Assembly (NCBI GenBank): GCA_040901675.1
Contig: JBBDYJ010000013.1
Coordinates: 80,536 to 144,535 of the forward strand
Reading direction: 5' to 3'
DNA: 64,000 bases
Source: Pirellulales bacterium
GTDB taxonomy: Bacteria > Planctomycetota > Planctomycetia > Pirellulales > JAICIG01
Positions 9,139 through 19,669 of the stretch are shown in pieces. Each line of letters begins with the position of its first letter. Positions within the stretch are counted from its first letter, which is position 1. Below the pieces are notes generated by a model, which was given only the letters and a program-made list of their open reading frames with translations, was not told where the DNA came from and searched no databases. A program made the position numbers and the translations under genes.

Positions 9139-10152
9139 ATGCGTCCAAAATCAGTGATCCTGCTGATCCTGGCGCTAGGCTGCGGCCTGGTGGCCTCGGT
9201 CGGCATCAACCAGGTGATGGCCAATCGCCGGGGCAACACCAACGAGCCGACCGAGACGGTACCCGTCCTGGTGACGTTGGGCGAAATCGGCATCGGCGAT
9301 CCATTGAAACCTGAAATGCTCAAGCTGGAACAATGGCCCAAGAATAACGTGCCCAGCGGGGCGCTCGGCAAACTCGAGGACATCGAGGGTCGGGTCACCC
9401 GCGTCCGGTTTTATCCGGGCGAGCCGGTTCTCGACGCCAAACTGCTCGGCAAGGGAGAAAAAGGCACGGCGGCCTCAGGGCATATCCCGACCGGCATGCG
9501 CGTGGTCTCGGTCCGCGTGGACGCGGTGAGCAGCTCCAGTGGGCTGATTCTGCCAGGCGATCGGGTCGACGTGCTCGTTCACGTCACCGAAAACCAGAAC
9601 AAGGGCATTCCCCAGACCAGCACCAGGACCTTCCTGCAGAATGTGAAGGTGTTCGCGGTCGACGACCTGTTTAACCGCAACAAGGACGAAAGCGCGATGG
9701 CCGCGAAGACCATTTCGCTGTTGGTTACGCCCAAGCAGGCCGAGTTGGTGATGCTGGCCACGCAGTTGGGCACTCTGCAGTTGGTCATGCGCAGCAACAC
9801 GGACGAATCGAACTCCGACGCTCCGGGCGCCTCGGTGGAGGAGCTGTTGCAACACGACGATCAGTTCGCCTCCAGGCCGGCGCCGGTCGTGGGCCCGCGG
9901 GGCAAGAACCCGCTCATCCAGTTGCTCAATCAGCCCACCAAGCCGGAGCCTCAAGGCAAGCCAAGGGCCAGCGCCTGGGTGATGGAAGTGATCGAGGGGG
10001 GCACCGTGCGGGAAGTGGAGTTTGAGAACGAGGCACGTGCGGGCAAGACGGTGCCCGGCAGCACGAGACAGGTCAACCCGGCCCCGGGACCGGAGCCGCA
10101 GGCCGACAAAGACGACGAAGAAAAGCCTTCCCCCGACGAGGATGACAAATAA
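9139..10152 (+). CDS. cpaB: Flp pilus assembly protein CpaB/RcpC
   Basis: N-terminal TM, SAF domain, GMRVVSVRVD..GLILPGDRVDVL. Confidence 0.92.
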   Translation: MRPKSVILLILALGCGLVASVGINQVMANRRGNTNEPTETVPVLVTLGEIGIGDPLKPEMLKLEQWPKNNVPSGALGKLEDIEGRVTRVRFYPGEPVLDAKLLGKGEKGTAASGHIPTGMRVVSVRVDAVSSSSGLILPGDRVDVLVHVTENQNKGIPQTSTRTFLQNVKVFAVDDLFNRNKDESAMAAKTISLLVTPKQAELVMLATQLGTLQLVMRSNTDESNSDAPGASVEELLQHDDQFASRPAPVVGPRGKNPLIQLLNQPTKPEPQGKPRASAWVMEVIEGGTVREVEFENEARAGKTVPGSTRQVNPAPGPEPQADKDDEEKPSPDEDDK

Positions 10153-10275
10153 CCGACGACAAGACAACCCGGGCGCCCAGGCGCCATGGACATGGGGGCC
10201 GCCGCCACCAGCGGCGGCCAAAACACGGACGGTACGACTGATCGATCGCACGGATTTTCGCAAGGAAGTTCAAGG

Positions 10276-12033
10276 ATGCTCACTCCAAGCCTACGGCGAC
10301 CCCTCGCCTCGCGCCTGGCGCATGTTTTCTCGGCGGCATTGACGGCGGCCCCGAAGCTCGTTGGTTGTCTGGGCCTCATGGCCGGGCTGCTGGCGGCGCC
10401 CGGCCGGCTAGCGGGCCAACACATGGGCCCCAACCCCCTGGTGCACCGCGTGCAGGGGGCCAGCCAACGGCTGGAGATGATCGTCAACACCAGCCGCATC
10501 CTGACGCTGGACCAGAAGATCCCCCGCGTCGGCGTGAACAACAAGGAAGTGCTCGACCTCACGCCGCTCTCGGCCACGCAGGTCCAGATCCTGGCCAAGA
10601 AGGCGGGTGTCACCCAGGTCAACCTGTGGGACGAACAGGAGAACGTCCACGTCGTCGACGTGATCGTGTTCGGCGACGCCCAGGAGCTGTCGATGCTGTT
10701 GCAGTCGCAGTTTCCCAAGGCCTCGCTCAAGGTCATTCCCCTGGCGTCCAGCGTGTTGATATCGGGTTACGTGGACGACCCCGACCAGGTGGACCGGATC
10801 ATCAAGATGGCCGAGGACTACCATACCAAGGTCATCAACAACATCCGCGTGGGCGGCGTGCAGCAAGTGCTGCTGCAGGTCCGCGTGATGGAAGTCTCGC
10901 GCACCAAGCTGCGGGCAGCGGGAGTGGATTTCGCCGCCCTTAATTCCGGCGGCGATTTCTTCGTCTCCAGCATCAGCGGCCTGATTGCGACCGTGGCGGA
11001 CGCGGCGGAGGGCAGCGGCGGCGGAACGATGCAGCTCGGCATTCTCGACTCGGGCAACTCGTTCTTTGCCTTCCTCGAGCTGCTGCAGGAGCGGAAGCTG
11101 GCCAAGATCCTGGCCGAGCCGCAACTGGTGACGGTCAGCGGGCGGCCGGCGTTCTTCAACTCGGGCGGTGAGTTTCCGATCCTGGTGCCGCAGAGCCTGG
11201 GCACCGTCTCGGTGCAGTACCGCAAGTTCGGCACGCAGGTCGACTTCGTGCCGATCGTGCTGGGCAACGGGGCCATCCGCCTGGAAGTACGGCCGCGGGT
11301 CAGCGAAATCGACGAGTCGCGCAGCGTGACGATCAACGACACCAGCGTGCCCGGCTTGCGGGTCCGCGAGGTCGATACGGGGGTCGAGATGCGTGCCGGT
11401 CAGACCTTGGCCATCGCCGGCCTGGTGCAGAACCGGGTGGCGGCCCAAGTCCGCGGGGTGCCTTGGATCAGCGACCTGCCCTGGGTGGGCGCCGCTTTCC
11501 GCAAAACAAGCGAAACGACCGAGGAGATCGAACTCTTGATCTTGGTGACTCCTCAACTGGTGGACGCCCTGGATCCGCACGAAGTGCCCCCCTGCGGGCC
11601 GGGCTTCGACACAGCCAGTCCCACCGACATCCAGTTGTACATGCGAGGTCACATCGAGGTGCCCCGCTGCTGCACCGACGGGAGCTGCAGCGACTGCCGC
11701 GCCCGTGGCGGCATCGGCCCCGACGTGCTGCCCCCCGGCGCCTATGAAGTGCCGGTGGAATCGATCGGGCCCCCACCCACGCCCCAGCCCGGACAATCGG
11801 GCCAGCGTGGCAAGGCCTCGAACGTCCGGCCCACGCGGCTGCCGGCCAGCGGCGACTCCCTGCGGCGGGCACCGTCGGGCTCGGATGAAACCTCGGCCGG
11901 CCCGGCCGCTTCTGGACGGCAACACCGTCACAAGCCGTCCAGCCGCAACCGGCAGGCTCCTTCGGCGCAAGCGGTCGGGCAAAAAACGCCTCCCGGCTTC
12001 ATCGGCCCCATCGGCTATGACGTGGTAAAGTAA
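10276..12033 (+). CDS. cpaC: Tad secretin CpaC/RcpA
   Basis: QVLLQVRVMEVSR, LAEPQLVTVSG, GGEFPI and GQTLAIAGL secretin motifs; start uncertain (10186 is an alternative). Confidence 0.9.
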   Translation: MLTPSLRRPLASRLAHVFSAALTAAPKLVGCLGLMAGLLAAPGRLAGQHMGPNPLVHRVQGASQRLEMIVNTSRILTLDQKIPRVGVNNKEVLDLTPLSATQVQILAKKAGVTQVNLWDEQENVHVVDVIVFGDAQELSMLLQSQFPKASLKVIPLASSVLISGYVDDPDQVDRIIKMAEDYHTKVINNIRVGGVQQVLLQVRVMEVSRTKLRAAGVDFAALNSGGDFFVSSISGLIATVADAAEGSGGGTMQLGILDSGNSFFAFLELLQERKLAKILAEPQLVTVSGRPAFFNSGGEFPILVPQSLGTVSVQYRKFGTQVDFVPIVLGNGAIRLEVRPRVSEIDESRSVTINDTSVPGLRVREVDTGVEMRAGQTLAIAGLVQNRVAAQVRGVPWISDLPWVGAAFRKTSETTEEIELLILVTPQLVDALDPHEVPPCGPGFDTASPTDIQLYMRGHIEVPRCCTDGSCSDCRARGGIGPDVLPPGAYEVPVESIGPPPTPQPGQSGQRGKASNVRPTRLPASGDSLRRAPSGSDETSAGPAASGRQHRHKPSSRNRQAPSAQAVGQKTPPGFIGPIGYDVVK

Positions 12034-12147
12034 ATAGGCCGGAGCCGCGGGGCCTTGGCGTGCACCCTGGCATGCAGGCGCGCAACGACCCGCGGCTCAC
12101 GGCGGCGGCCCGCCGAGCCATCCACGCGTTGAGGTAGTCGAAACACC

Positions 12148-13371
12148 ATGAGTAACGTGCTCCGCTTGGCCATTGTCGATCCGAGCGACGCCACGCGCGA
12201 TAACCTGAAGACCATGTTGCTGGGCATGGATCGCGTTTGGCTCGAGGCCGAGTGCTCGCGCTACGAGTTCTTTTCCGACGTGGTGGCTCAGACGCATCCG
12301 GACATCGGCATCGTGGCCTTGGACCACGACGTGGACAAGGCGCTGGAGCTGGTCGTCAAGCTGAACGACACTTCGCCCGAGTGCAGCATCCTGGTCGTGA
12401 GCAGCTCGGCCGACGGCAAGCTGATCCTGCGGGCCATGCGGGCCGGCGCCAAGGAGTTTCTGACGCAGCCGATCCGCATCCAGGACCTGCTCGACTCCCT
12501 GGAGCGGATCAGCGACCGGCGTTTCGGGCGCGGAGAGACCAAGGCCCGCGGCAGCTTCGTCATCGCCGTGGCCGGGGCCACCGGCGGCGTCGGCACCACC
12601 AGCGTGGCCGTGAACCTGGGCTGCATCCTGGCCCAGGATCCAAAGAACACGGTGGCCCTGGTCGACCTGGATCTCTGCTTGGGCGACGCCGACGTGTTCC
12701 TCGACACGATCCCCGACTACACGCTGGTCGACGTCTCGCAGAATGTCACCCGGCTCGATTTCACCTTGTTGAAGCGGTCGCTTACCAAGCATTCCTCGGG
12801 GTTGTTCCTGCTGCCGCGCCCCGTGCAGATGGAAGACATGGAGCTGATCACCGCCGACGACCTGCAGCGCGTGTTCGGCTTGCTCAAGGCCACCTTCACC
12901 CACCTCGTGATCGATCTATCCAAGAGCTACAGCGCTTTGGACCTGGTGGCCCTGGAGATGGCCAGCCACGTCCTGCTGGTTACCCAGCTCGACTTGCCCT
13001 GCCTGCGCAACGTCGTGCGGTTGATGATGTCGTTCGGCAACATGAAAGGCGTGGCCGACAAGGTCAAAATCGTCGTCAACCGGGTGGGCCTGGACAACGG
13101 CAACATCAGCCTCAAGAAGGCCCAGGATACGATCGGCCGGGAGATCTTCTGGCAGTTGCCCAACGACTACCGCACCATGGTCGAGGTCCGCAACAACGGC
13201 GTGCCCTTGATCGAGCAAGCGCCGAAGGCTTCGATTACCCAGGCCCTGGTTCAACTCAGCGAAACCCTGGTGGGCCCGGCCAAAGCCGCCGATTCCGAAG
13301 ACGAGCCAGGGGCCAAGGCCTCGCGCAGCCTGCTCAGCTTCTGGCCCGTCAAGGGCAAGGGCGGCAAATAA
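12148..13371 (+). CDS. cpaE: CpaE/TadZ (receiver-like + MinD/ParA-like) pilus localisation protein
   Basis: RAMRAGAKEFL, deviant P-loop GATGGVGTT, LVDLDL. Confidence 0.92.
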   Translation: MSNVLRLAIVDPSDATRDNLKTMLLGMDRVWLEAECSRYEFFSDVVAQTHPDIGIVALDHDVDKALELVVKLNDTSPECSILVVSSSADGKLILRAMRAGAKEFLTQPIRIQDLLDSLERISDRRFGRGETKARGSFVIAVAGATGGVGTTSVAVNLGCILAQDPKNTVALVDLDLCLGDADVFLDTIPDYTLVDVSQNVTRLDFTLLKRSLTKHSSGLFLLPRPVQMEDMELITADDLQRVFGLLKATFTHLVIDLSKSYSALDLVALEMASHVLLVTQLDLPCLRNVVRLMMSFGNMKGVADKVKIVVNRVGLDNGNISLKKAQDTIGREIFWQLPNDYRTMVEVRNNGVPLIEQAPKASITQALVQLSETLVGPAKAADSEDEPGAKASRSLLSFWPVKGKGGK

Positions 13372-13396
13372 ACAGGCTACGGACGAGTGAAATGGG

Positions 13397-13420
13397 GTAG
13401 CAGAACTCGCCAGAGTTCTG
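13397..13420 (+). repeat. GTAG-type REP palindrome
   Basis: GTAG CAGAACTC gcca GAGTTCTG. Confidence 0.6.
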
Positions 13421-13485
13421 GTGAAGTGCCGTCTGGGCACCGCGTTCCTGCAATCGCTTATCCCCTCCGGATAACTCCGGACGAG

Positions 13486-13558
13486 CACTGCTTCTCGTCC
13501 GCCTTTGGCGGACCACGGCGGCCCCTCCAAGCAGTGGCACGTCTCCAAGCAGTGGCAC
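13486..13558. repeat. Dispersed palindromic repeat, copy 1 (CACTGCTT...AAGCAGTGGCAC with internal GTCCGCCTTTGGCGGAC hairpin)
   Basis: About 55 nt nearly identical to 19592-19649, plus an extra half-site. Confidence 0.85.
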
Positions 13559-13562
13559 CATT

Positions 13563-14015
13563 CTAAGGCCGGCTGACGTCCGAGTCGAAGACGCGGACTT
13601 TACTCCATAGCGAGCGGCTCTGTTCCACGAATCTCACGTGGCGTTCCGAGACCTGGTAGTCGTCGTGCGCCTTGCGGTCGCGAAACACCAGGTGCAATCC
13701 CACGTCAAAATCGACGTCGTTCACTTCGCGGTCCAGGTCGCTCACCGTCCCCGCGGCATAAAACTCCGTGCCTGGATGGTCCGACAGATACTCGTGACAG
13801 GCCTCGACCAGCTTTCGCCGGTTTTCAGGCGTCGATTCCTTGAGCGAGAAATAGACATTGTGAGCGAGCATCGGTTCCTTTCCTTCGGCCGCATCGGCCA
13901 GGGCGGTTCGCGGGCCGGTCGGAGTATACGACACGCCGGCCACGGTCCACGCAGCGCCGGCTGAAATGAGGCAGAGCATGCCAAGCGACCAGCGCCGTTT
14001 CGAGTTCGTCTTCAT
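13563..14015 (-). CDS. Dabb family stress-responsive A/B barrel protein with an N-terminal signal
   Basis: MLAHNVYFSLK..DFDVGLHLVF..HDDYQVSERH..VFD. Confidence 0.85.
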   Translation of the reverse strand: MKTNSKRRWSLGMLCLISAGAAWTVAGVSYTPTGPRTALADAAEGKEPMLAHNVYFSLKESTPENRRKLVEACHEYLSDHPGTEFYAAGTVSDLDREVNDVDFDVGLHLVFRDRKAHDDYQVSERHVRFVEQSRSLWSKVRVFDSDVSRP

Positions 14016-14051
14016 TCGATTGATGTCTCCTATGGGCACCCACGTTGGGCG

Positions 14052-16070
14052 TCACTTGCCCCGCTTGGCCGGTTCCGTCTTGCCAGCGACGAGCGGCTGG
14101 CCGTTGGTCTGTTCGGTTCTGGCCAGGGCCGGCCCGATCAGCTCTTCGATCTCGCGGTCGTCGAGAACTTCGCGTTCCGACAGGGCGTTGGCGATGGCGT
14201 CGAGCTTGTCGCGGTGCTCGGCCAGGATGGCCTTGGCCTGGTCGGCGGCCGAGTGCAGGATGCGGGCCACTTCTTCATCGATCACCTGCGCCGTGTGCTC
14301 GCTGAACTCGCGCGGCTCCTGCAGGTCCCTGCCCAGGAAGGGATGCTCTTCGCTGGTGCGATAAGCCACGGGCCCCAGCCGCTCACTCATGCCCCAGTGC
14401 GTGACCATGCGGCGGGCCAGTTGAGTCGAGCGTTTCAGATCGTCCTCGGCCCCGGCGCTGTGCTCGTCGAACACGAGCTTCTCGGCCGCCCGGCCGCCCA
14501 TCATGAATATCAGCCGGGCGTGCAATTCGCTCTCGCTGATGTTCAGCCGGTCTTCCTCGGGCAGCAACTGGGTCACTCCCAGCGCCCGCCCGCGGGGAAT
14601 GATCGTCACCTTGTGCAGGCGATCGGCGCCGGGCACCAGCCAGGCCAGCAAGGCATGCCCCGCCTCATGGTAGGCGGTCATCACTTTCTCCTTGCCGGTG
14701 AGCACCTCTTCACGCTTGGCGCCCATCAGGATCTTGTCGCGGGCCACATCGAAGTCGAGCATGTCGACGTGGTCCTTCCCCTGCCGCGTCGCCCACAGGG
14801 CCGCCTCGTTGACCAGGTTGCGGATATCCGCTCCGGTCAGGCCCACCGTGCCCTGCGCCAGGCGGTGCAGGTCGACGTCGTCGGCCAGCGGCACCTCGCG
14901 GCTATGGACTCGGAAGATCGCTTCGCGGCCCTTCAGGTTCGGTCGATCGACCGTCACGTGGCGGTCGAACCGGCCGGGCCGCAGCAGCGCCGGATCGAGC
15001 ACGTCGGGGCGGTTGGTGGCGGCCAGCACGATCACCGACTCATTCGGGCTGAACCCGTCCATCTCGCTGAGGATCTGGTTGAGGGTCTGCTCCCGCTCGT
15101 CGTGGCCGCCGCCGAGCCCCGCGCCGCGGACCCGTCCCACGGCGTCGATTTCGTCGATGAACAGGATGCAGGGCGACGCTTCCTTGGCCGTCTTGAACAT
15201 GTCGCGGACCCGGCTGGCTCCCACCCCGACGAACATCTGGATGAATTCCGAGCCGTTGATCGAAAAGAAGGGCACGCCGGCCTCGCCCGCCACGGCTTTA
15301 GCCAGCAGGGTCTTGCCGGCGCCCGGCGGTCCCATCAACAGCACGCCTTTGGGGATGCGTCCGCCGAGCCGCTGAAACTTCTCGGGGTTCTTCAAGAACT
15401 CGACCACTTCCGCCAGGTCGTTCTTGACGCCTTCCAGGCCGGCCACGTCCTCGAACGTTGTCCGCTGCTTGCCGGTTTCGTAGCGCTTGGCGGGGCTCTT
15501 GCTGAAACCCGAAAGGATCCCGCCCCCCAGAAACTGGTCGCGCGTCCGCCGCAGCATGATCCACATGCCCAGCAGCAACAGCACCGGCACGGCGATGTAC
15601 AGCAGGATCAACAGGCCGATGCCGCTGTCCACTTTCTTCGATTTGTAGTTGGCGCCCAGCCGCTCTTGCAGCCTTCGATCCAACTCCTCGCCGGCCAGGG
15701 GGCTGATATACACCACGAAATCGACCAGTTCGGCATTTTGTTCGGCGCCCGCGGCTTCGGAGGGCTGGGCGGCTGGCTGACGAGGAGCGCTCCCCTCTTG
15801 GGCGGCTTCCTTTTTTGTCCGCTTGTATTTGCCCCGGACCTCCTGGTTGTCGATGATCGTGGCCTCGGCGACCTGGTTTGCGTCCAGCAACTCGACGAAC
15901 TCGCCGTAGAAGATCTCCTCCCGCTTGCCCGATTCATTGGCCTTGTAGAGCATCCAGAGCAGCAGGAGCACCATCGCCAACACCACCAAGGTCGGCGGGG
16001 TGAAGCGGGGGCGCGGGGGGGGCGGCTTTTCGGACACGGGGCTGCCGCCCGCGGGTTGATTATTCTCCAT
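14052..16070 (-). CDS. ftsH: ATP-dependent zinc metalloprotease FtsH
   Basis: Two TMs, [17 protein letters not shown] ([10 protein letters not shown]), HEAGH. Confidence 0.97.
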   Translation of the reverse strand: MENNQPAGGSPVSEKPPPPRPRFTPPTLVVLAMVLLLLWMLYKANESGKREEIFYGEFVELLDANQVAEATIIDNQEVRGKYKRTKKEAAQEGSAPRQPAAQPSEAAGAEQNAELVDFVVYISPLAGEELDRRLQERLGANYKSKKVDSGIGLLILLYIAVPVLLLLGMWIMLRRTRDQFLGGGILSGFSKSPAKRYETGKQRTTFEDVAGLEGVKNDLAEVVEFLKNPEKFQRLGGRIPKGVLLMGPPGAGKTLLAKAVAGEAGVPFFSINGSEFIQMFVGVGASRVRDMFKTAKEASPCILFIDEIDAVGRVRGAGLGGGHDEREQTLNQILSEMDGFSPNESVIVLAATNRPDVLDPALLRPGRFDRHVTVDRPNLKGREAIFRVHSREVPLADDVDLHRLAQGTVGLTGADIRNLVNEAALWATRQGKDHVDMLDFDVARDKILMGAKREEVLTGKEKVMTAYHEAGHALLAWLVPGADRLHKVTIIPRGRALGVTQLLPEEDRLNISESELHARLIFMMGGRAAEKLVFDEHSAGAEDDLKRSTQLARRMVTHWGMSERLGPVAYRTSEEHPFLGRDLQEPREFSEHTAQVIDEEVARILHSAADQAKAILAEHRDKLDAIANALSEREVLDDREIEELIGPALARTEQTNGQPLVAGKTEPAKRGK

Positions 16071-16116
16071 CAAGGGGCCTTTCTTTCCTTATACACGGCA
16101 ATTCCAGCAAGACATT

Positions 16117-18786
16117 TCATTGTAGTGTATCGGCCGCCTGGTTTCGATGTGGCGGCCCCCCAAGCGCGGGCTGTTTCTCGCTTAGCGCCGGCCGGCGACA
16201 CTTGAGGAACAACTGCACTTCCTCGTACCGTGTCCCGGCGGGCAAGCGCGTCAACAGCGGCCGTATCCGCTCGGGCATGCCCGGCCCGATCACGCTTTCA
16301 AAGGTCTCGATTTCCGAGGGGGATAAAAACCATTCCGCCCGCACCACTCTCCCCTCTTCCAAGGCCCGCAGCGCGTGGTCCAGAATCACCTCGCGCGAGA
16401 GCCCCCGCGCCGCCCGGCACTCATCCACGCTCAAGCCGGCCGACAGCATTCGCCAGGTCCAATAGTGGTTGGGGGCCGACTGCACACTTTCGCCGCCCGC
16501 CTCCGCCGTCTCGGCGGCCGGGCCGCTCCGCGCGTCGAACGATGGCGGCATGGCCGCTGGGCGGTCCGGCTCATTGGCGGCCCCGAGAGCCGCAGCGCCG
16601 GCTGCCGCCGCCGGTTCGCCGAAGGCGGACGGGGCGCCGGCGATTGGCGGCGGGCCCGACATCGCCGCGGTCATCCGCGCCGCGATCGCGACGTCCGCCG
16701 ACAGCGCCACGTCGATCGTGGCCCTGCCGGCCATCACGTCCTTGCCTAACTCAGTCAACTGCAGCCTCGGCCGCTGGTTTTCCGTGCCGACCTGCTCCAG
16801 GCAGCGCGTCTCCAAGAGCCCGTCCAGCAGTCCCACCACCACTTCCTGCTTCCACTGCGACAGCAGGCCGTGGGTGGTCAGCAGGTGCAGGCCGTTTCGC
16901 TTCACTTTGGCGGCGTTCGAGCCGCAGAGCATCTGCGCGATCAGATGCTTGCCGAATCGGCCGCGGGCCCGGGCCACTCCGCTCAAAGCCTTGCGGATCG
17001 CCTCCAGCTCCTGGCCGCTGGCCGGCGCGGCAACGGCCGGATGGGCGGCCGCCGGAGACTTTCGCGAGCGGCCGGTCCGCGTGCAGTTGTCGCAACGGCC
17101 GCACGGCTCGCTGCCGGCCTGGCCAAAATAATCGAGGATCTCGCGCTGGCGGCAGCGGCCGCTCTGGGCAAAACCGACCACGCGGTCCAATTTGGCGTAC
17201 TCGGCCCGTTTCCGCTTTTCGAGGTCGGCGAAGTCGATGCCGAGCCCATGGAACGGCCTGTCGCGCTGGAGGAGGTGAATGGCCCGGCCGCGAAACGGCG
17301 GCACGTAATCGAACGCGTCCAGCTCCATGAGCTCCCGCAACGTGCGATTCAAGGCGGTGGCGTCCAGCTCGGTGGCCGCCTGCAGCTCGCGCGGCCTGAA
17401 GTAAACCAGCTCAAACCGCCGCGGCCCCACGATGCGCTCGACCGCCGCCAGCACGCGCCGCTGCGTGCGGGCCTGCCGTGGCAGCAGATCGACCAGCGCC
17501 GGCAGGTCGCTGTCCAGCCGGACCAAGGCCATGTTCTCGCGCGGTTCGAGCCGCTCCAGCACGCCGGCCTGCTCCAGCAACTGCTCGCACGTGCCCACCC
17601 CCTCGGCGCTGATCGGCAGGCTGAGGGTGGCCTTGAGCTCCTGCTGCGTCAGCTCGACGGGGTCGTCCTGCTGGTGCCGCAGAAAATCGTACACCCGCTC
17701 GACGATCTCGCGCGCCGGGTAAGCGCTTTCGATGAAGAACTCCTGGATCCGCCGGTCGCCCACGCTGTACAGCAAGAGGCAATCCGCCGGAAGTCCGTCG
17801 CGCCCGGCCCGCCCGGCTTCCTGGTAATAGGCCTCCAGGCTGCCCGGCAGGTTGTAGTGCACCACGAACCGCACGTCGGCCTTGTCGATGCCCATGCCGA
17901 AGGCGGTGGTGGCGGCCACGATTTCGCTTTTGCCCTGCATGAACCGGTCCTGGGCGGCCCGTCGGTCTTCGCTGCTCATGCCGGCGTGATAGACGGCGGT
18001 GGAGCGGCCGGTGGCTTGGGCGATCGACTGGGCGAGCTCCTCGCATCGTTTGCGCGAGGAGGCATAGACGATGCCCGACCCCGGATGCTCGCCGAGGAAT
18101 CGCTCCAGCGCCTGGTCCTTGCGCCGGCTGCTGTGCGGCGATTGGACCTCGTAACGCAAATTGGGGCGGGTAAAGCCGGTGACCAGCGTGCGGGGATTGC
18201 GCAGGTTGAGTTGCTGCACGATATCGCGCCTGACGGCGTCCGTGGCGGTGGCCGTCAGTGCAATCGTGGGTGGGTGCCCCAGCATGGCGCGAAACCGGCC
18301 CAGCCGCGCGTAGTCGGGGCGGAAGTCGTGCCCCCACTGGCTGATGCAGTGGGCTTCGTCCACGGCCAGCAGGCGGAGCCGCGCCGAGCGGACCGCTTCG
18401 ACCAGCCGGCTGCTGCGGAACCGCTCCGGCGCGATGTACACCAGGTTGAAATGCCCGGCGGCCATCGCCTCCAGCCGCGCGTATTGTTCCGCCTGGGCCA
18501 AGGCGCTGTTGACGAACGTGGCTTTCAAGCCCAGCGCCGAGAGCTGGTCCACCTGGTCCTTCATCAGGGCGATCAGCGGCGAAACGACCAGCGTCAGCCC
18601 CGGCCTGGCCACCGCCGGCAGTTGATAGCAGAGGCTCTTGCCGCCACCGGTGGGCATGACGCACAAACAGTCCTCGCCCGCCAGGACCGCCTCGATCACT
18701 TCGCGTTGGCCCGGACGAAAGCACGACAGGCCGAAGAGAGGCAGGTAAGCCTCCGGCGAGCCGGCCTGGGGCGCGGGGGTGGACAT
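16117..18786 (-). CDS. recQ: RecQ family DNA helicase
   Basis: MPTGGGKSLCYQ, DEAHCISQWGHDFRP, QEAGRAGRDG, Zn motif CR..PCGRCDNC, RQC and a C-terminal HTH. Confidence 0.93.
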   Translation of the reverse strand: MSTPAPQAGSPEAYLPLFGLSCFRPGQREVIEAVLAGEDCLCVMPTGGGKSLCYQLPAVARPGLTLVVSPLIALMKDQVDQLSALGLKATFVNSALAQAEQYARLEAMAAGHFNLVYIAPERFRSSRLVEAVRSARLRLLAVDEAHCISQWGHDFRPDYARLGRFRAMLGHPPTIALTATATDAVRRDIVQQLNLRNPRTLVTGFTRPNLRYEVQSPHSSRRKDQALERFLGEHPGSGIVYASSRKRCEELAQSIAQATGRSTAVYHAGMSSEDRRAAQDRFMQGKSEIVAATTAFGMGIDKADVRFVVHYNLPGSLEAYYQEAGRAGRDGLPADCLLLYSVGDRRIQEFFIESAYPAREIVERVYDFLRHQQDDPVELTQQELKATLSLPISAEGVGTCEQLLEQAGVLERLEPRENMALVRLDSDLPALVDLLPRQARTQRRVLAAVERIVGPRRFELVYFRPRELQAATELDATALNRTLRELMELDAFDYVPPFRGRAIHLLQRDRPFHGLGIDFADLEKRKRAEYAKLDRVVGFAQSGRCRQREILDYFGQAGSEPCGRCDNCTRTGRSRKSPAAAHPAVAAPASGQELEAIRKALSGVARARGRFGKHLIAQMLCGSNAAKVKRNGLHLLTTHGLLSQWKQEVVVGLLDGLLETRCLEQVGTENQRPRLQLTELGKDVMAGRATIDVALSADVAIAARMTAAMSGPPPIAGAPSAFGEPAAAAGAAALGAANEPDRPAAMPPSFDARSGPAAETAEAGGESVQSAPNHYWTWRMLSAGLSVDECRAARGLSREVILDHALRALEEGRVVRAEWFLSPSEIETFESVIGPGMPERIRPLLTRLPAGTRYEEVQLFLKCRRPALSEKQPALGGPPHRNQAADTLQ

Positions 18787-18798
18787 GAGAGGGCGGCT

Positions 18799-19470
18799 CT
18801 ACGATGTTTGCGGTGCGGAGCGCTTCCAGACGTCCGCTGCCGCGATCCGGCTCGAGCGCCCGAACAGGGCTTCCAGGCAAATCGCCGACCAGCTTTCGAA
18901 TCCCGCCAGGTCCGCCAGCAGCTCGTCGACCGGGCAAAAGCCGCACTCCAAGAGATCGCACTCGCGAGGGTGCACTTCGGTGCTTTCGACCTCAAACAGG
19001 TGCACGACCCCCAGGTGGACGCGGCCCACCTCGGTCTGGTCGTCGTTGATCAGGCCGACGCAGCGCTGCACGTAGGGGGTGGCGATGGAGACCTCTTCCT
19101 CCAGCTCGCGGCGCATCCCCTGTTCATACGAGCTGGCGCCGGGCAGGGCATCGTGGGCCGAGATGTGCCCCCCGATGCCCACGCTGCGTTTGCGGTGCAG
19201 CCGGCCTTCGCCCTGTCCGCTGCCGCGGACGTAGTGCAGCACGTGCAGTCGCTGGGCCGAGTCGCGGTGCTGAAAGATGCAGTAGGGTATGAGCTGTTTG
19301 AAGCTCGGATCGGCCTCCATTTGCCGCCGCGGGCGGTAGCTGACGTGGGCCGGGTTGAGCAGCTCGTCCAGGTAATCGGTCACGCGGCTGTTGAATCCTT
19401 GAAAATAACCGAGCCGATGAAATACCGCCGTGGGCACCACCAGCACGTGTTCCGAGTCGACCTGGCTCAT
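18799..19470 (-). CDS. Predicted NUDIX-family phosphoesterase
   Basis: E-DPSFKQLIPY, GEGRLH, SVGIGGHI, RELEEEV, VGRVHLG. Confidence 0.85.
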   Translation of the reverse strand: MSQVDSEHVLVVPTAVFHRLGYFQGFNSRVTDYLDELLNPAHVSYRPRRQMEADPSFKQLIPYCIFQHRDSAQRLHVLHYVRGSGQGEGRLHRKRSVGIGGHISAHDALPGASSYEQGMRRELEEEVSIATPYVQRCVGLINDDQTEVGRVHLGVVHLFEVESTEVHPRECDLLECGFCPVDELLADLAGFESWSAICLEALFGRSSRIAAADVWKRSAPQTS

Positions 19471-19562
19471 GGGCGAATCCTTTCCGCTTCGTTGGTATCG
19501 CTTGCCAGCCGGCATTCCGCGCTCCGGACTGGGTTAGCCCAGTATAAAGGACAGACGGCCGA

Positions 19563-19663
19563 GTGCCACTGCTTCCAGGCCGCCCTTCCGAGTGCCACTG
19601 CTTCTCGTCCGCCTTTGGCGGACCACGGCGGCCCTCCAAGCAGTGGCACGGGAGCAATGGCAC
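19563..19663. repeat. Dispersed palindromic repeat cluster, copy 2
   Basis: gtgccactgctt half-site, full GTGCCACTGCTT...AAGCAGTGGCAC unit, then a degenerate gcaatggcac half-site. Confidence 0.85.
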
Positions 19664-19669
19664 CGGCGA

